A stretch of DNA of 62,651 bases, counting the filler. It is 4 parts of 4 records of this genome, joined end to end, with 100 filler letters (N's around TTAATTAATTAA, not from the genome) between each part and the next. Parts side by side here need not be neighbours in the genome. Positions count along the whole stretch, not along the records: positions 1 to 31,887 come from SRR31156797_770; positions 31,988 to 49,419 come from SRR31156797_773; 2 more parts are not named here. The stretch is one strand, 5' to 3'. The position numbers were made by a program, and so were the translations under genes. Below are positions 29,914-41,066 of this stretch, in pieces; within the stretch, counting starts at the first letter, position 1; each line of letters begins with the position of its first letter. The notes under the pieces are model-generated. The model ran no database searches, was not told the origin of the DNA, and worked only from the letters and a program-made list of their open reading frames with translations.

Positions 29914-30423
29914 ATGAAGATTATGAAAATATCTCTGGTCATGTTTAGTCTGTTCCTGCTTTTAGGCGGGACAGCTTTGGCCCAGACGTCCAAGGTGGGA
30001 TTTGTCAATCCTCAGCGGATCATCAATGAATCCAAAATCGGCAGGATCGCTCAGGATGATTTGGCGCGGCTGGGCAGAGAGAAGGACCGGCGAGTCCGTG
30101 AAGCTCTTGCTGTCGTTGAGTCGCTGCAGGATAGCCTGAAAGCGGAGACTATTTCAGTGACAGAGCAGCAGTCCAAGGAAGAAGAGATGCGTTTAGCTGT
30201 TCGTGATTATGAACGCTTGGTTAAAAATAGTAATATGGAAATTCAGAGTGAGGAGCGCCGCCTTATTCAATTTGTCATGCGGCGGGCAGACTCGCTGCTC
30301 AGGGCCATTGCTCAGGAAAGAGGATTTACCATGATACTGACAGATCCGGAAATTATCGGATTTGTGGCTGATTCCATGGATATTACGGATCGCGTCATTC
30401 ATGAACTCAATTCGATGATGTAA
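29914..30423 (+). CDS. skp: OmpH/Skp periplasmic chaperone
   Basis: Signal peptide, KVGFVNPQRII, coiled coil, C-terminal DITDRVI. Confidence 0.88.
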   Translation: MKIMKISLVMFSLFLLLGGTALAQTSKVGFVNPQRIINESKIGRIAQDDLARLGREKDRRVREALAVVESLQDSLKAETISVTEQQSKEEEMRLAVRDYERLVKNSNMEIQSEERRLIQFVMRRADSLLRAIAQERGFTMILTDPEIIGFVADSMDITDRVIHELNSMM

Positions 30424-30436
30424 CGGGGAAAAAAGA

Positions 30437-31849
30437 ATGCGTAAATTTGTGATATTAACGACAACCCTAGTCTGTCTTCTTGTGTTGGCAACAGCACAAG
30501 CCTTTGCGTTTGGTGAAATTCGATATACGGATAGGCCTTTGAATTTACGAGATGGTCGATCTCCAAAGGCAAAATGGGTCGGTAATCTCTATGCTGGTCA
30601 AAAAGTCAGAATTGCTCATTTCCGTGATGGTTGGGTGGCCATATACGAGCCGGATGCAACCGATGGAAGTGAACGCGCGGCCATAGGGTTTTCCAACGCG
30701 AAATATCTTCAGAAAAAACGGGCGCGGTACGAACCGAAAGAGTTAGGGGAATTGGTATATACCTATCGCGCCTTGAATGTTCGGACTAAACCTGATGTCA
30801 GCGGCAGAAAGATAGAAACATTGAAGGCAGGAACACATGTACGCATCGATTTCCCTGATGGAGATTGGGTTCGTGTGTTTCCACCAAATGCGACCATTCG
30901 ATCCAATTTGAATGGCCTTGGCTACAGTAGTGCGAAATATTTCAAACCAGCCACCAAAAAATCTTTGGCCAAGGCTACAAAAGCTTCCAAACCACAACCT
31001 GTTCAGGTTGAAGAAAAGATTCTTGTGGTGACTGAGCCTGATGAGGTCGTCAGTGGCCAAGGGCAAGTCAGTGGCAACGTGGCAACAACGCCACCACCAG
31101 CCCCGGTTGCGGCTCCCAAGCCGAAGGTTGTCACGGCAACGACCTTGATAAATGTGCACGCTGACCGGACGACTGGTTCGTCTTTGAACAGGACGTTGAA
31201 ACCGGGCGACACCGTTCAGGTCGGATTGTTACAGCATGGTTGGTATGCTGTGTTTAATCGTAATGAATTAGTCCTTATCGAGGGACGGGCCATTGGGTAT
31301 TCTTTGCAATCTATCATGGATAAAGGAACGAGGGCGGCGACTGATCAATCTCGGGAACTGGCGTTGTCTGCAGGGCCTGCGCCGACAGTTTCTACAAAGT
31401 CGGTTTCAAAAAAGACTGCGCCTGTTGCCAAGAAGACACCTATTGTTGCTTCAACTTCAGGCTCTTCGGAGAGTGGTCAAAAGACGATTACCATTGATCG
31501 AAAGAGTTTTGCTAAAACGAAAAAACCTGATCCCACACCGAACAAAACCGCTCATGGGTACAAGTATCGTGTTATGGAAAAATCAGAAACAAGGCAGCTT
31601 GGCGAGACGTGGATTACTCTCAAAGTTTTCTTGTCCACAACAAAGAAGCCAACGCGTGATTCTCTTAAGGATTTTTCGACTACACTGTGGAAGGAGAATC
31701 GCCGGGTCACAAAGAATGTGGCAGTGTTGATTTACTTGCCAGGTATGGATGTGGAAGATTTGGCTTATGGGGTGATAAAGTTTGATGACAAACAACTTCT
31801 TGAATTGTGGGTTCGTGAGGCTACATTGTTTGGCACTCAGTTCCTTTAA
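30437..31849 (+). CDS. Exported protein with three SH3b-like domains and an unknown C-terminal domain
   Basis: Signal peptide; three LN(L/V)R...L-x-x-G-x-x-V...W...G(F/Y)S repeats separated by Pro/Thr/Lys-rich linkers. Confidence 0.8.
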   Translation: MRKFVILTTTLVCLLVLATAQAFAFGEIRYTDRPLNLRDGRSPKAKWVGNLYAGQKVRIAHFRDGWVAIYEPDATDGSERAAIGFSNAKYLQKKRARYEPKELGELVYTYRALNVRTKPDVSGRKIETLKAGTHVRIDFPDGDWVRVFPPNATIRSNLNGLGYSSAKYFKPATKKSLAKATKASKPQPVQVEEKILVVTEPDEVVSGQGQVSGNVATTPPPAPVAAPKPKVVTATTLINVHADRTTGSSLNRTLKPGDTVQVGLLQHGWYAVFNRNELVLIEGRAIGYSLQSIMDKGTRAATDQSRELALSAGPAPTVSTKSVSKKTAPVAKKTPIVASTSGSSESGQKTITIDRKSFAKTKKPDPTPNKTAHGYKYRVMEKSETRQLGETWITLKVFLSTTKKPTRDSLKDFSTTLWKENRRVTKNVAVLIYLPGMDVEDLAYGVIKFDDKQLLELWVREATLFGTQFL

Positions 31850-31861
31850 GATGATTCTTAC

Positions 31862-31887
31862 AAAAAAAGCCCTCGCCCGAATATTCG
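31862..31887. terminator. Left arm and loop of a terminator-like palindrome cut by the contig end
   Basis: AAAAAAAGCCCTCGCCCGA-ATAT-TCG, similar to the complete hairpin at 62600-62640. Confidence 0.55.
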
Positions 31888-31987
31888 NNNNNNNNNNNNN
31901 NNNNNNNNNNNNNNNNNNNNNNNNNNNNNNNTTAATTAATTAANNNNNNNNNNNNNNNNNNNNNNNNNNNNNNNNNNNNNNNNNNNN
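31888..31987. other. Artificial contig linker
   Basis: 44 N + TTAATTAATTAA (stops in all six frames) + 44 N; base composition changes sharply across it. Confidence 0.97.
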
Positions 31988-32020
31988 GGCAATTCCAAAT
32001 TTGGAATTGCCCCTTTTTTT
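31988..32020. terminator. Terminator hairpin downstream of rocD
   Basis: GGCAATTCCAA-AT-TTGGAATTGCC followed by a T run. Confidence 0.7.
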
Positions 32021-32035
32021 ATCTGTAAAATTCGA

Positions 32036-33265
32036 TTATTCAAATTCAGCCATTGTTTTCTTAATGATCTCAATCGCTTCGCGAAGTTGAGTTTCGTTAA
32101 TTGTCAATGGAGGAGCAAAACGAATGATATGTCCGTGAGTTGGTTTAGCTAACATACCGTTGTCGCGAAGACGCATACACACATCCCAAGCAGTTTTACC
32201 ACCTTTAGGCTTAATTACGATAGCGTTAAGAAGACCTTTACCACGTACTAGCTCAATCATATCAGATTTAACAGTCGATAATTCCTCACGGAAAATCTTA
32301 CCCATTGCCTCAGCATTCTCAGCTAATTTCTCGTCTCTAACTACTTCAAGAGCAGCCATTGCAACCTCACAAGCAACTGGGTTACCACCAAAAGTAGAAC
32401 CGTGCTCACCTGGCTTAATTACAAGCATTACATCATCATCTGCCAATACTGCAGATACAGGAACTACACCACCTGAAATTGCTTTTCCAAGAATCAATAC
32501 ATCTGGACGAACACCTTCATGATCAACAGCTAATAATTTACCTGTTCTTGCAATACCAGTCTGAACTTCATCAGCAACAAATAGTACATTGTTTTCTTTA
32601 CAAAGCTCAGAAGCTTTCTTCAAGAATCCATTCTCTGGTACATAAACACCAGCTTCACCTTGAATAGGCTCAACAAGGAATGCACACACATTAGGATCTT
32701 TTAATTCTTTAGCCAATGCTTCAGTATCGTTGTAAGGAATTGAAACGAAACCTGGTGTGAATGGACCGAATCCTTTATATGAATCTGGATCGTTAGACAT
32801 AGAGATGATTGTAACGGTACGTCCGTGGAAGTTACCATCACAAACGATAATCTTAGCTTCGTTCTCAGGAATACCTTTTACATCGTAACCCCAACGGCGA
32901 ACAAGCTTGATAGCTGTTTCGTCAGCTTCAGCACCTGTATTCATTGGTAATACTTTATCGTACCCAAAGTAATTAGTTACGAACTCTTCATATTTACCAA
33001 GGTTATTACTGTAAAAAGCACGTGAGGTAAGGGTTAGTTTTTGTGCTTGCTCAACCAATGCGTTAATAATTTTTGGATGACAGTGTCCTTGATTAACAGC
33101 GGAATACGCTGAAAGAAAATCAAAATATTGCTTTCCATCTGTATCCCAAACATAAACGCCTTCGCCACGTTCTAAGACTACTGGAAGTGGATGATAGTTG
33201 TGAGCTCCAAATTTGGACTCTTTCTCCATGTAATCTTTTGCTGTCATTGTTGTTGTATTAGTCAT
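32036..33265 (-). CDS. rocD: Ornithine--oxo-acid aminotransferase
   Basis: [54 protein letters not shown]. Confidence 0.95.
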   Translation of the reverse strand: MTNTTTMTAKDYMEKESKFGAHNYHPLPVVLERGEGVYVWDTDGKQYFDFLSAYSAVNQGHCHPKIINALVEQAQKLTLTSRAFYSNNLGKYEEFVTNYFGYDKVLPMNTGAEADETAIKLVRRWGYDVKGIPENEAKIIVCDGNFHGRTVTIISMSNDPDSYKGFGPFTPGFVSIPYNDTEALAKELKDPNVCAFLVEPIQGEAGVYVPENGFLKKASELCKENNVLFVADEVQTGIARTGKLLAVDHEGVRPDVLILGKAISGGVVPVSAVLADDDVMLVIKPGEHGSTFGGNPVACEVAMAALEVVRDEKLAENAEAMGKIFREELSTVKSDMIELVRGKGLLNAIVIKPKGGKTAWDVCMRLRDNGMLAKPTHGHIIRFAPPLTINETQLREAIEIIKKTMAEFE

Positions 33266-33486
33266 AATTACAATGTTTATAAGATTTATTTATTAGGATT
33301 AAATACTTAAATTTTGGTACGCCAATTTTGTAATTATTTTTTGATTTTCCATGCCTTTTGAAGAAAAAAACAAATGAAATCAAAAAAATAATTAAAATCT
33401 GACTTTTATCATAAATGCAATTCTTAATTATAGATTTGCTTATGATTAAAATAGTAAATCCAAATAAAATGTGAAAGCCTTATAAA

Positions 33487-35001
33487 TTAAGGAAGGTACT
33501 TCGACATTGCCATTAATAAATCGGTTTTATTAAATGGTTTGGCAAGATGCTCGGAACAACCAGCTGATAATGATTTTTCTTTATCTCCTTCGAGAGCATA
33601 AGCTGTTTGTGCTAATATTTTTAAGTTTGGACGCTTTTCTTTAATTATTTTAGTTGCCTCTAAGCCATTGGTATGTGGCATATTAATATCCATAAGTACT
33701 AAATTAACTTCAGCTCTGTTTAGGCAAGCCTGAATAGCTTCTTGACCCGTTTTTGCCCAAATGATATTAATGTTGGTTCTCTGAAGATAGGCTTCAATGA
33801 TTTTATAATTAGTCATTTGATCTTCGGCAATTACAACCGTGTAATTTTCCCAATTGTAGATTTCCGGGATAGGATCAATATCATTAATTATAGTATTTTC
33901 GGTAACATCGGGAATGCTGAAATTAACAACTGTACCGACATTTTTTTCTGATGCAATCCAAATCTTACCACCAAGTAATTCTATTTCTAATCTGGAAATA
34001 TATAAGCCAAGACCTGTTCCTTCTGGTGTTCTGCTGTTTGATTCATTCACTTGTCTGAAGCGTTGAAAAACACTTGTTTTATATTCTTCCGGAATTCCTG
34101 GTCCAGTATCACTAATAGTAAAATGAACGGCTTGATTTTTAATTTGATAAGTGCATGAAATAGATCCTTTATCAGTAAACTTAACGGCGTTGTGTAATAT
34201 TTTATTAAGAATGCTTGAGATCTTATTTTGATCTGATTTAATAACGATATTTTTTTCGATAATATTAGGAGCAAACTTTAATTGCACATGTTCTTTGTTC
34301 GAAGATGTAATCTCTTTTTCACACTTAATCTTAACGTCTTTAAGCATTTGGTTAAGATTGAAATTGCGTTTAATTGGTTTGGAAGTTCTACTTTCCAGCA
34401 TAGAAACCTTTAGTAAATCTTCAATAATTTTTAAAAGCTGAAGTCCAGAGTTTTTAATCGATCCCGCAAATTTTGGAACATTTCCATTTAAGTTTCCAGT
34501 TTCAAGTAGCTCAGAAAAACCAATTATTGAATTTAAAGGAGTTCTTAATTCGTGACTCATATTGGCAAGAAAAGCATTCTTAAGATTTTCAGCCTCAAGA
34601 GCTTTGTTCCATGCTTTTGCAATTTCAAATTCTTTTATTTTTATGTCTGTAATGTCCTGAAAAAGAACCTCTTCTATTTGCTCTTCTTTTTTGTAAACTT
34701 CGCCCGTAATTTTCCCTAATCTTAATTCCCCATTTCTGTAAAACCTAAATTCAATTTCCATTGGTTGATCTTTCATCTGCAATAAGGCTTCTTCAAAAAA
34801 TGAAAGATCTTCAGGGTGAATGTGTTTAAAAAGTTTCTCGCGATTAGGAGTTAAATCTGATTTTTTATATCCGAATATTGAATAGGTAACTTCAGACCAC
34901 CACATCTCTTTTGAACCATAGTAATATACCCAATAACCTATTCCTGCAGTTGTATGAATTTTCTTTAGCTGACGTAATTGTATTTTTGTGTCAATTTTCA
35001 T
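33487..35001 (-). CDS. Cytoplasmic hybrid sensor histidine kinase (PAS-HisKA-HATPase-REC)
   Basis: PAS_3-like W...WS...IFG...IHPED; FLANMSHELRTPLN; NAVKFT, DTGPGI, GTGLGL; receiver AED...LMDINMP...KP. Confidence 0.9.
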   Translation of the reverse strand: MKIDTKIQLRQLKKIHTTAGIGYWVYYYGSKEMWWSEVTYSIFGYKKSDLTPNREKLFKHIHPEDLSFFEEALLQMKDQPMEIEFRFYRNGELRLGKITGEVYKKEEQIEEVLFQDITDIKIKEFEIAKAWNKALEAENLKNAFLANMSHELRTPLNSIIGFSELLETGNLNGNVPKFAGSIKNSGLQLLKIIEDLLKVSMLESRTSKPIKRNFNLNQMLKDVKIKCEKEITSSNKEHVQLKFAPNIIEKNIVIKSDQNKISSILNKILHNAVKFTDKGSISCTYQIKNQAVHFTISDTGPGIPEEYKTSVFQRFRQVNESNSRTPEGTGLGLYISRLEIELLGGKIWIASEKNVGTVVNFSIPDVTENTIINDIDPIPEIYNWENYTVVIAEDQMTNYKIIEAYLQRTNINIIWAKTGQEAIQACLNRAEVNLVLMDINMPHTNGLEATKIIKEKRPNLKILAQTAYALEGDKEKSLSAGCSEHLAKPFNKTDLLMAMSKYLP

Positions 35002-35070
35002 TTATTTGGATTTGGGTCTATGTTAATGTAAAATGATTAAAAAGATTGAAAGATAGATTGTTGATATTTG

Positions 35071-37110
35071 TTAAGATTTATTGTTTATGTTTTGTATAAT
35101 GCCTTCTGCAAGCATAAATGTAAAACACAATAAAATAAATGTTATCCATAAGCTACTTTCATCTCTTTGTTCGTTATAAAACTCAGATAGTTTCATTTTT
35201 GATGGAGAAATTACATTTGACATGCTTTTTATTGATGTTATTTTCGATTTAACATCTTCTTGGCTGTAATATTCTGGTATTGATTCTTTTCTTGAATAAT
35301 TGAATGAATGTGTTTCTATTATTGAATCGTTATGCCTGATGAAAAAATGCCCTGAATTCCTTATTTGATCATGCGTGTAAAGGTTTACACTTTGATTTGA
35401 AGAGTAAAATTGTTGAGGAATAAAGTCGATTTCTGAACTTATGCTTGTAATATGATATTGAATATCATTTTGCATGGTTTTAGATGCATTTACAGTAAGT
35501 GAAATATTTTTCCCTGTTTGGTCGTATAAATTGCTTTTTGTTCCTTTTGATTTTGTGAGATTGATCACACTTGGAACAAAGATTGGGTGAACAATTAAGT
35601 TTGTCCAAGTAGGTTTTAAGTTCATACTTAACTGGAACAACTGTCCCAAACCAAAGTTATTCTTGACAAATAAATTATCCCCACCAGCCGTTTTCCATAT
35701 TGCTTCGGTAGTTGTGTTGTTGGAAGTACTCAATTTGTAGCGCTTAAATATATCAGGAAGCCTGGTATTAGATTCCAATTCTTTGAAAACATCTTTATAT
35801 ATTTCAGCATTTTTTTCAATTAAAGAAAGCCTTTGTCTGCTGGAATCGATAGTGGTGTATTCTGAAGCAGATATTTCGGAAAGAAATGAATTGACACTGG
35901 AACTAATTCTTTCTCCTGGAACGAAAAGAACATTTCCTCCGTTTTTTAGATAATTTTTAATGTTTTGGTTTAATCCGCTTTCAATTTCCTTTATCTCATT
36001 TAAAATAACCAACTTATAATTGTTAAGGTTTTGGTTGTACAATTTCGATTTTACAATATTTGTAAGCTTAAAATCACTTGAAAGTTGGAATAGTTTGCTC
36101 ACATACTTATTTTCAGAAAATTCATTTATCGATAGAATATTGGAATTATTATCAATTTTATAAGAGAAAAATAAGCTGTTGTCATAAATTATTGGATGAT
36201 CGTTTAACTCAATTTTAGCCAAACAAAATCCATTTATTGGATTTGTAAACCTAAGTTGTATAATTTGAGTAGAGTTGGCTTTAAGGTCAGCACTAGCAAT
36301 TGCTCTAATGCTATCGTTTATGCGTAAACGGATTGGGAGTTTTTCTAAATCATTGATTGAAGTATTTTTTATTTTAACATGCAACTGCTGAATTTCTTTA
36401 GTCTTATGATATGGCTTAATAAACCAACAACTATCTATACTGATATTATTTGCCAATTGAATCTTAAATGGAATAAAATGAATACTCATTAAGCTATCTG
36501 CTTTTATGTTTTCAAAATCACTTTGATATTTTTGAAAATCAGATAAAACAAAAACATCATTTGATTCATCTTTCGTGTCAATAGCAATGTTTTTTAATTT
36601 GTTTGATAGTTTTACGTTTACTGGTGATGGTTGTATGTTTTGAATTCTGGCGATTGCCTGATCCTTACTTAAACTGACCGAGAGATGAGAAATATCATTG
36701 CTGTATACTTTTATTTTTGCATTATCAGGTACCGATTTAATTAATTCAAAGGCTTTGTTTTTAGCAATTTCCAGAGCATTTCCTTCTTCGGTATTCCCAT
36801 TCATGCTAAACGAATTATCAATATAAATGCTTAGTTTTTCCTGATTATGAGAGTTATTGAGCTTAGAATTTAGACTCGGTTGAGCAAAGGCAATAATTAC
36901 ACACGCTAAAGCCATTAATCGTAGGAGTAAGATCAATAATTTCTTTAGTTTCGATTTCCGTTTGTTTTCGGTATTAAAGTTTTTTAAAAATCTAAGGTTA
37001 CTGAAATATACTTTTGTGAATCTTTTAAAATTAAAAAGATGTATGATGATTGGAATGATCAACAGGAATAAAAACCAAAGAATATGAGGATTCAAAAATT
37101 GAAATGACAT
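35071..37110 (-). CDS. BatA N-terminal double-TM / vWA domain membrane protein
   Basis: FLNPHILWFL...PIIIHLF...FSNLRFL...LLLRL...AFAQP; MIDAS DNSFSM; C-terminal TM. Confidence 0.85.
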   Translation of the reverse strand: MSFQFLNPHILWFLFLLIIPIIIHLFNFKRFTKVYFSNLRFLKNFNTENKRKSKLKKLLILLLRLMALACVIIAFAQPSLNSKLNNSHNQEKLSIYIDNSFSMNGNTEEGNALEIAKNKAFELIKSVPDNAKIKVYSNDISHLSVSLSKDQAIARIQNIQPSPVNVKLSNKLKNIAIDTKDESNDVFVLSDFQKYQSDFENIKADSLMSIHFIPFKIQLANNISIDSCWFIKPYHKTKEIQQLHVKIKNTSINDLEKLPIRLRINDSIRAIASADLKANSTQIIQLRFTNPINGFCLAKIELNDHPIIYDNSLFFSYKIDNNSNILSINEFSENKYVSKLFQLSSDFKLTNIVKSKLYNQNLNNYKLVILNEIKEIESGLNQNIKNYLKNGGNVLFVPGERISSSVNSFLSEISASEYTTIDSSRQRLSLIEKNAEIYKDVFKELESNTRLPDIFKRYKLSTSNNTTTEAIWKTAGGDNLFVKNNFGLGQLFQLSMNLKPTWTNLIVHPIFVPSVINLTKSKGTKSNLYDQTGKNISLTVNASKTMQNDIQYHITSISSEIDFIPQQFYSSNQSVNLYTHDQIRNSGHFFIRHNDSIIETHSFNYSRKESIPEYYSQEDVKSKITSIKSMSNVISPSKMKLSEFYNEQRDESSLWITFILLCFTFMLAEGIIQNINNKS

Positions 37111-37164
37111 TGTACTTTTACTTGTATTTGTTAATAGTATTGATGAAAAATAAGAATCATCTAT

Positions 37165-39570
37165 TTAGAATTTTGCACTTAATTTCAAATTCAACTTTCG
37201 ACCCGTTAAATAATTTGGAATTGCGTACTGATTTCCTGAAACATCCTTAATCCATAAATAAGAAATTGTATTGTTGATATCTAAGACATTAAAAATTTCG
37301 AGTCCTAACCACATCGATTTAAAATGCTTTAAAAATCCACTTTTTTTCATCTTTTCATCAACCAATACTTTCGAAAAACCCAAATCAATTCTTTTGTAGT
37401 TAGGCATTCGAAATGAACCTCCATTTTTTCCATTTTTAGGACTCCATACTGGTAATTTACCTCCATAAAATAAGCTCAAATGCATTTTATACGATGGGTT
37501 ATTTGGCAGATAATCCTGAAAAAACATTGAAAAATTAAACCTCTGATCTGTTGGACGCGGAATAGAAGACATTTGATCTCCAATGATATTTTCTTCTGTT
37601 TTCATTATGGATAGGCTAGCCCAGGATTCCGTCCCAGGTACAAATTCACCATTTATACGTAAATCGAGTCCTGCAGCATATCCTGTTGCTTTCTGATCGG
37701 CATAGTAACGAATTCGGACATTTTCGATGTCGTAAGGAGTTACCGAAACTAAATCTTTATAATATAATTCGCTGGAAAATTTGAAAGGTCTGTCCCAAGC
37801 GGTAAAGTAGTATTCCTGACCTAGTACGTAATGAATTGATTTTTGAAATTCCAATTTTGGGCTAATATTTCCATCAATCATCAGCATTTCTCGATAGGAT
37901 GGGACTTGTTGATAATACCCGGCAGCCAAACGGAATTTTACTTTATTTTTCCAATCGGGAATGTAATTTAATGACGCGCGAGGCGAAAAAATCCCTTTTT
38001 TGTAGTAATCCCAGTAATGATATCGTACACCACCGGTAAGTTGTAATTCTCCATTTTCTAACTCAATAAGTTTTGTGACTTGGACAAATGATTTATAATG
38101 TTTTGAATCGATTTTGTTTTTGGCATTTCTTGCGTAAGCTAACAGTACATCCGAATCGGAAACTGGGACTGAATAACCTGCAGAATCCTGATATTGCCAT
38201 TCATTTATTTTATCATCTACCTCTTCAGATTTTATTCCAACTCCCCATTGAAGAAACCAATCATTTATAGAATGATCACCTTTTAGATCCAGAGTGTAAA
38301 CATCTTTTTTAAGTTTATTTCTCGCATGATCAATGAAAGTTCCAACTCCTAAATTTTCAATACTTTCATTTGTTGATCCTCCTTTGGAGACAAATAAATC
38401 GCTTAAGTAGTATTGTCCCATAATATCAAAATTTTCTTCTTCAGTGGTTTGATATCTGCTACCAATTAATCGAATTAAAGAGTTTGAATTCGGGTGATAT
38501 TTAAAGGTGAAGGCTTGCGTATTGGTTTTAAATTCGTCTTTTTCCTGACCCTCAAAATAGATTTTGAGTTGTAAAGCATTACTTATTGTTCCAAATGAAG
38601 TCGTCCTGTTTTCAGGTCTAAACCTATAATCGTTCTCACTAAAACTAATCCAGGCATGAAGGCTAATTGCTGAACTAAAACGATAATTTATCAATGCCTG
38701 AAAATCTTTAAAATTTGGCTCATACTCTCCTTTGGTGTCGAGAGATTGTAGCAGATAACGATTGGTTTTGTATCGTGCTCCTGCGATATAGGAAAATTTT
38801 TGGTTTTTACTTTTATCGCCAATATGCGCTGATGCACCTAGCATACTTACCTCTGTGGAAGCTTCAAAGTTATTGGGTTCTTTGTATTTTATATCTAAAA
38901 CCGATGAAAGTTTATCTCCATATTTAGCATCGAAACCTCCTGATGAAAACTGAATTGAGGAAACCAAGTCTGGATTAATAATGCTAAGTCCTTCTTGTTG
39001 CCCGGAACGTATCAAATTTGGACGATGAATTTCTATTTCATTAATATAGACTAAATTTTCGTCGAAATTACCACCTCGAACCGTATACTGAGAACTCAAT
39101 TCATTATTGGAACTAACTCCGGGAAGAGTTTTTATGATCTGTTCAATTTTACCACTACCAGTAACAGGTATTTGATTGATGTGTTTGGTATCAATTGCCG
39201 TTGTTTTGCTTCTGATGTTTTGATCAGCATCGATCCTAACTTCCTGAAGGTTTTCTTGTTTTAATTGTAAGGTAATTTGCAGTTTTGTTACTTCACCTTT
39301 TTTCAAAGTGATTTTTCCCTGATAATCTTGAAAGCTGATATGAGTAATAAGTAATGTAACTCCATTGTTAGCTTTTACATTAAGATAAAATTTGCCTAAA
39401 CTGTCACTACTTGTAACTTTCTTTTTATTATCGATACTTATGTGCGCTCCTGTAACAGGATTATTGCTGGAATCGAGAATTGTTCCATTGATAGTAGAGT
39501 TTTGAGCTTGAGATATTAGCGGCAATATCAGCAAACAAATTAAAACAATACGAGAAATAGATTGAATCAT
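37165..39570 (-). CDS. TonB-dependent outer-membrane receptor with carboxypeptidase regulatory-like N-domain
   Basis: Signal peptide; LPGVSSNNELSSQYTVRGGNFDEN plug; GGFDAKYGDKLSSVLDI; terminal Phe. Confidence 0.88.
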   Translation of the reverse strand: MIQSISRIVLICLLILPLISQAQNSTINGTILDSSNNPVTGAHISIDNKKKVTSSDSLGKFYLNVKANNGVTLLITHISFQDYQGKITLKKGEVTKLQITLQLKQENLQEVRIDADQNIRSKTTAIDTKHINQIPVTGSGKIEQIIKTLPGVSSNNELSSQYTVRGGNFDENLVYINEIEIHRPNLIRSGQQEGLSIINPDLVSSIQFSSGGFDAKYGDKLSSVLDIKYKEPNNFEASTEVSMLGASAHIGDKSKNQKFSYIAGARYKTNRYLLQSLDTKGEYEPNFKDFQALINYRFSSAISLHAWISFSENDYRFRPENRTTSFGTISNALQLKIYFEGQEKDEFKTNTQAFTFKYHPNSNSLIRLIGSRYQTTEEENFDIMGQYYLSDLFVSKGGSTNESIENLGVGTFIDHARNKLKKDVYTLDLKGDHSINDWFLQWGVGIKSEEVDDKINEWQYQDSAGYSVPVSDSDVLLAYARNAKNKIDSKHYKSFVQVTKLIELENGELQLTGGVRYHYWDYYKKGIFSPRASLNYIPDWKNKVKFRLAAGYYQQVPSYREMLMIDGNISPKLEFQKSIHYVLGQEYYFTAWDRPFKFSSELYYKDLVSVTPYDIENVRIRYYADQKATGYAAGLDLRINGEFVPGTESWASLSIMKTEENIIGDQMSSIPRPTDQRFNFSMFFQDYLPNNPSYKMHLSLFYGGKLPVWSPKNGKNGGSFRMPNYKRIDLGFSKVLVDEKMKKSGFLKHFKSMWLGLEIFNVLDINNTISYLWIKDVSGNQYAIPNYLTGRKLNLKLSAKF

Positions 39571-39755
39571 AAAATTAAATTACAGTGCAAATTATAGTAT
39601 TGGATTAGTTCCGGAAAATAACCAAAACACCAATATACAAAGCAATTTGAAAATAATGAACATTTTGCATAAAATTTAAAATACGGAAATTCAGATGCTT
39701 ATTCATTTAAGTCAATTATCTTTACAAAACCTAACCTCTAAAATCTAAATTTATT

Positions 39756-40982
39756 ATGAAATTGTTCGAATTAAAGGCTATATTTTTGTCTCTTTTGTTT
39801 CTCAGCAATCTAGTATTCACATCTTGTGAAAGTTTTGAACAGAAGGCAGCGAAAATTCATAATCATGCATTTACTATTGATACACATGTTGATACTCCAT
39901 ATCATTTGTTAGATAAGGATTTTAACATAGCTGAATATCATGAATATACACCAGGAGGTAGCAGAGTTGATTTTCCAAGAATGAAGGAAGGAGGATTGGA
40001 TGGGATCTTTTTTGCTGCATTTACTTCGCAACGAGATAGAACAGAAGAAAACATTCAAATCGCCAGAGAAAAAGCCGATGAATTGATCGATTCAATTCAT
40101 TCTACATGTAAGCAGCACAATCAATTGGCTGAAGTTGCGACAAGTGTGGAAGATGGATATCGACTTGAAAAGGAGGGCAAACGCGCCATTTATATCGGAT
40201 TGGAGAATGGTTTTCCGATTGGAACTACAATTTCTGAGGTGGAACGATATTATAATAAAGGGGTGAGATACATTACACTTTGTCATACTTCGAATAATGA
40301 TATTTGTGATTCGTCTACTGATAGAAAGGGACCTGAATTTGATGGATTAAGTAAGTTTGGAGAAGAAGTGGTGAAAGAGATGAATCGATTGGGAATTTTA
40401 ATTGATGTTTCTCACATTTCGGATAGTGCATTTTATGATGTTATTGGTTTGTCAAAAGCACCTGTATTAGCATCTCACTCTTGTGCACGTGCGGTTTGCG
40501 ATAGCCCAAGAAATCTTGCCGATGATATGTTGAAAGCTTTGGCGGAAAATGGCGGTGTTATTCAAATGTGTATACTTGACGATTACGTTAAGGTAGCAAA
40601 TAAAAATACCGAGCGATATAAAAAAGAATTGGATTTGCGTGAGCGATACAGGAAAGCAGGAAAAATGACTCTGGAAGAGGAGAAGAAAATTTGGGATGAA
40701 TGGAGACAACTTCAAATTGATTATCCTAAAGAGAAACCAACCGTTGCTGAAGCAGTAGATCATATCGATCATATTGTGAAAACGATAGGTGTTGACTACG
40801 TTGGAATTGGAACCGACTTTGATGGCGGTGGTGGATTAAAAGATTGTGTTGATGTTAGCCAAATGATGAACATTACCATTGAGTTGCTTAAAAGAGATTA
40901 TTCTGCAGAAGATATACATAAAATCTGGGGAGGTAATTTTATGCGTGTTTTTAAGGAGGTTGAGTTGTACGCAAAGAGATAG
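39756..40982 (+). CDS. Membrane dipeptidase (peptidase M19), lipoprotein
   Basis: Lipobox FTSC; IDTHVD, DVSH, ASHS...RN, GIGTDFDGG. Confidence 0.92.
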   Translation: MKLFELKAIFLSLLFLSNLVFTSCESFEQKAAKIHNHAFTIDTHVDTPYHLLDKDFNIAEYHEYTPGGSRVDFPRMKEGGLDGIFFAAFTSQRDRTEENIQIAREKADELIDSIHSTCKQHNQLAEVATSVEDGYRLEKEGKRAIYIGLENGFPIGTTISEVERYYNKGVRYITLCHTSNNDICDSSTDRKGPEFDGLSKFGEEVVKEMNRLGILIDVSHISDSAFYDVIGLSKAPVLASHSCARAVCDSPRNLADDMLKALAENGGVIQMCILDDYVKVANKNTERYKKELDLRERYRKAGKMTLEEEKKIWDEWRQLQIDYPKEKPTVAEAVDHIDHIVKTIGVDYVGIGTDFDGGGGLKDCVDVSQMMNITIELLKRDYSAEDIHKIWGGNFMRVFKEVELYAKR

Positions 40983-41066
40983 ACACAATTTGTAGCTGTT
41001 CCTAAACAAGTTTTTTGGTAAAGCTTATTTTATACATTTGTTGAATTAATAAAAATTGATGTTCAA

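Noticed and set aside
31932-31943. TTAATTAATTAA palindrome repeated three times (also 49464 and 56818)
   Set aside because: Always centred in exactly 44+44 N; it is a synthetic six-frame stop linker, not a biological repeat.
33399-33412. CRP/FNR-like TGA-N6-TCA site upstream of rocD
   Set aside because: A single short match in very AT-rich DNA is too likely by chance.
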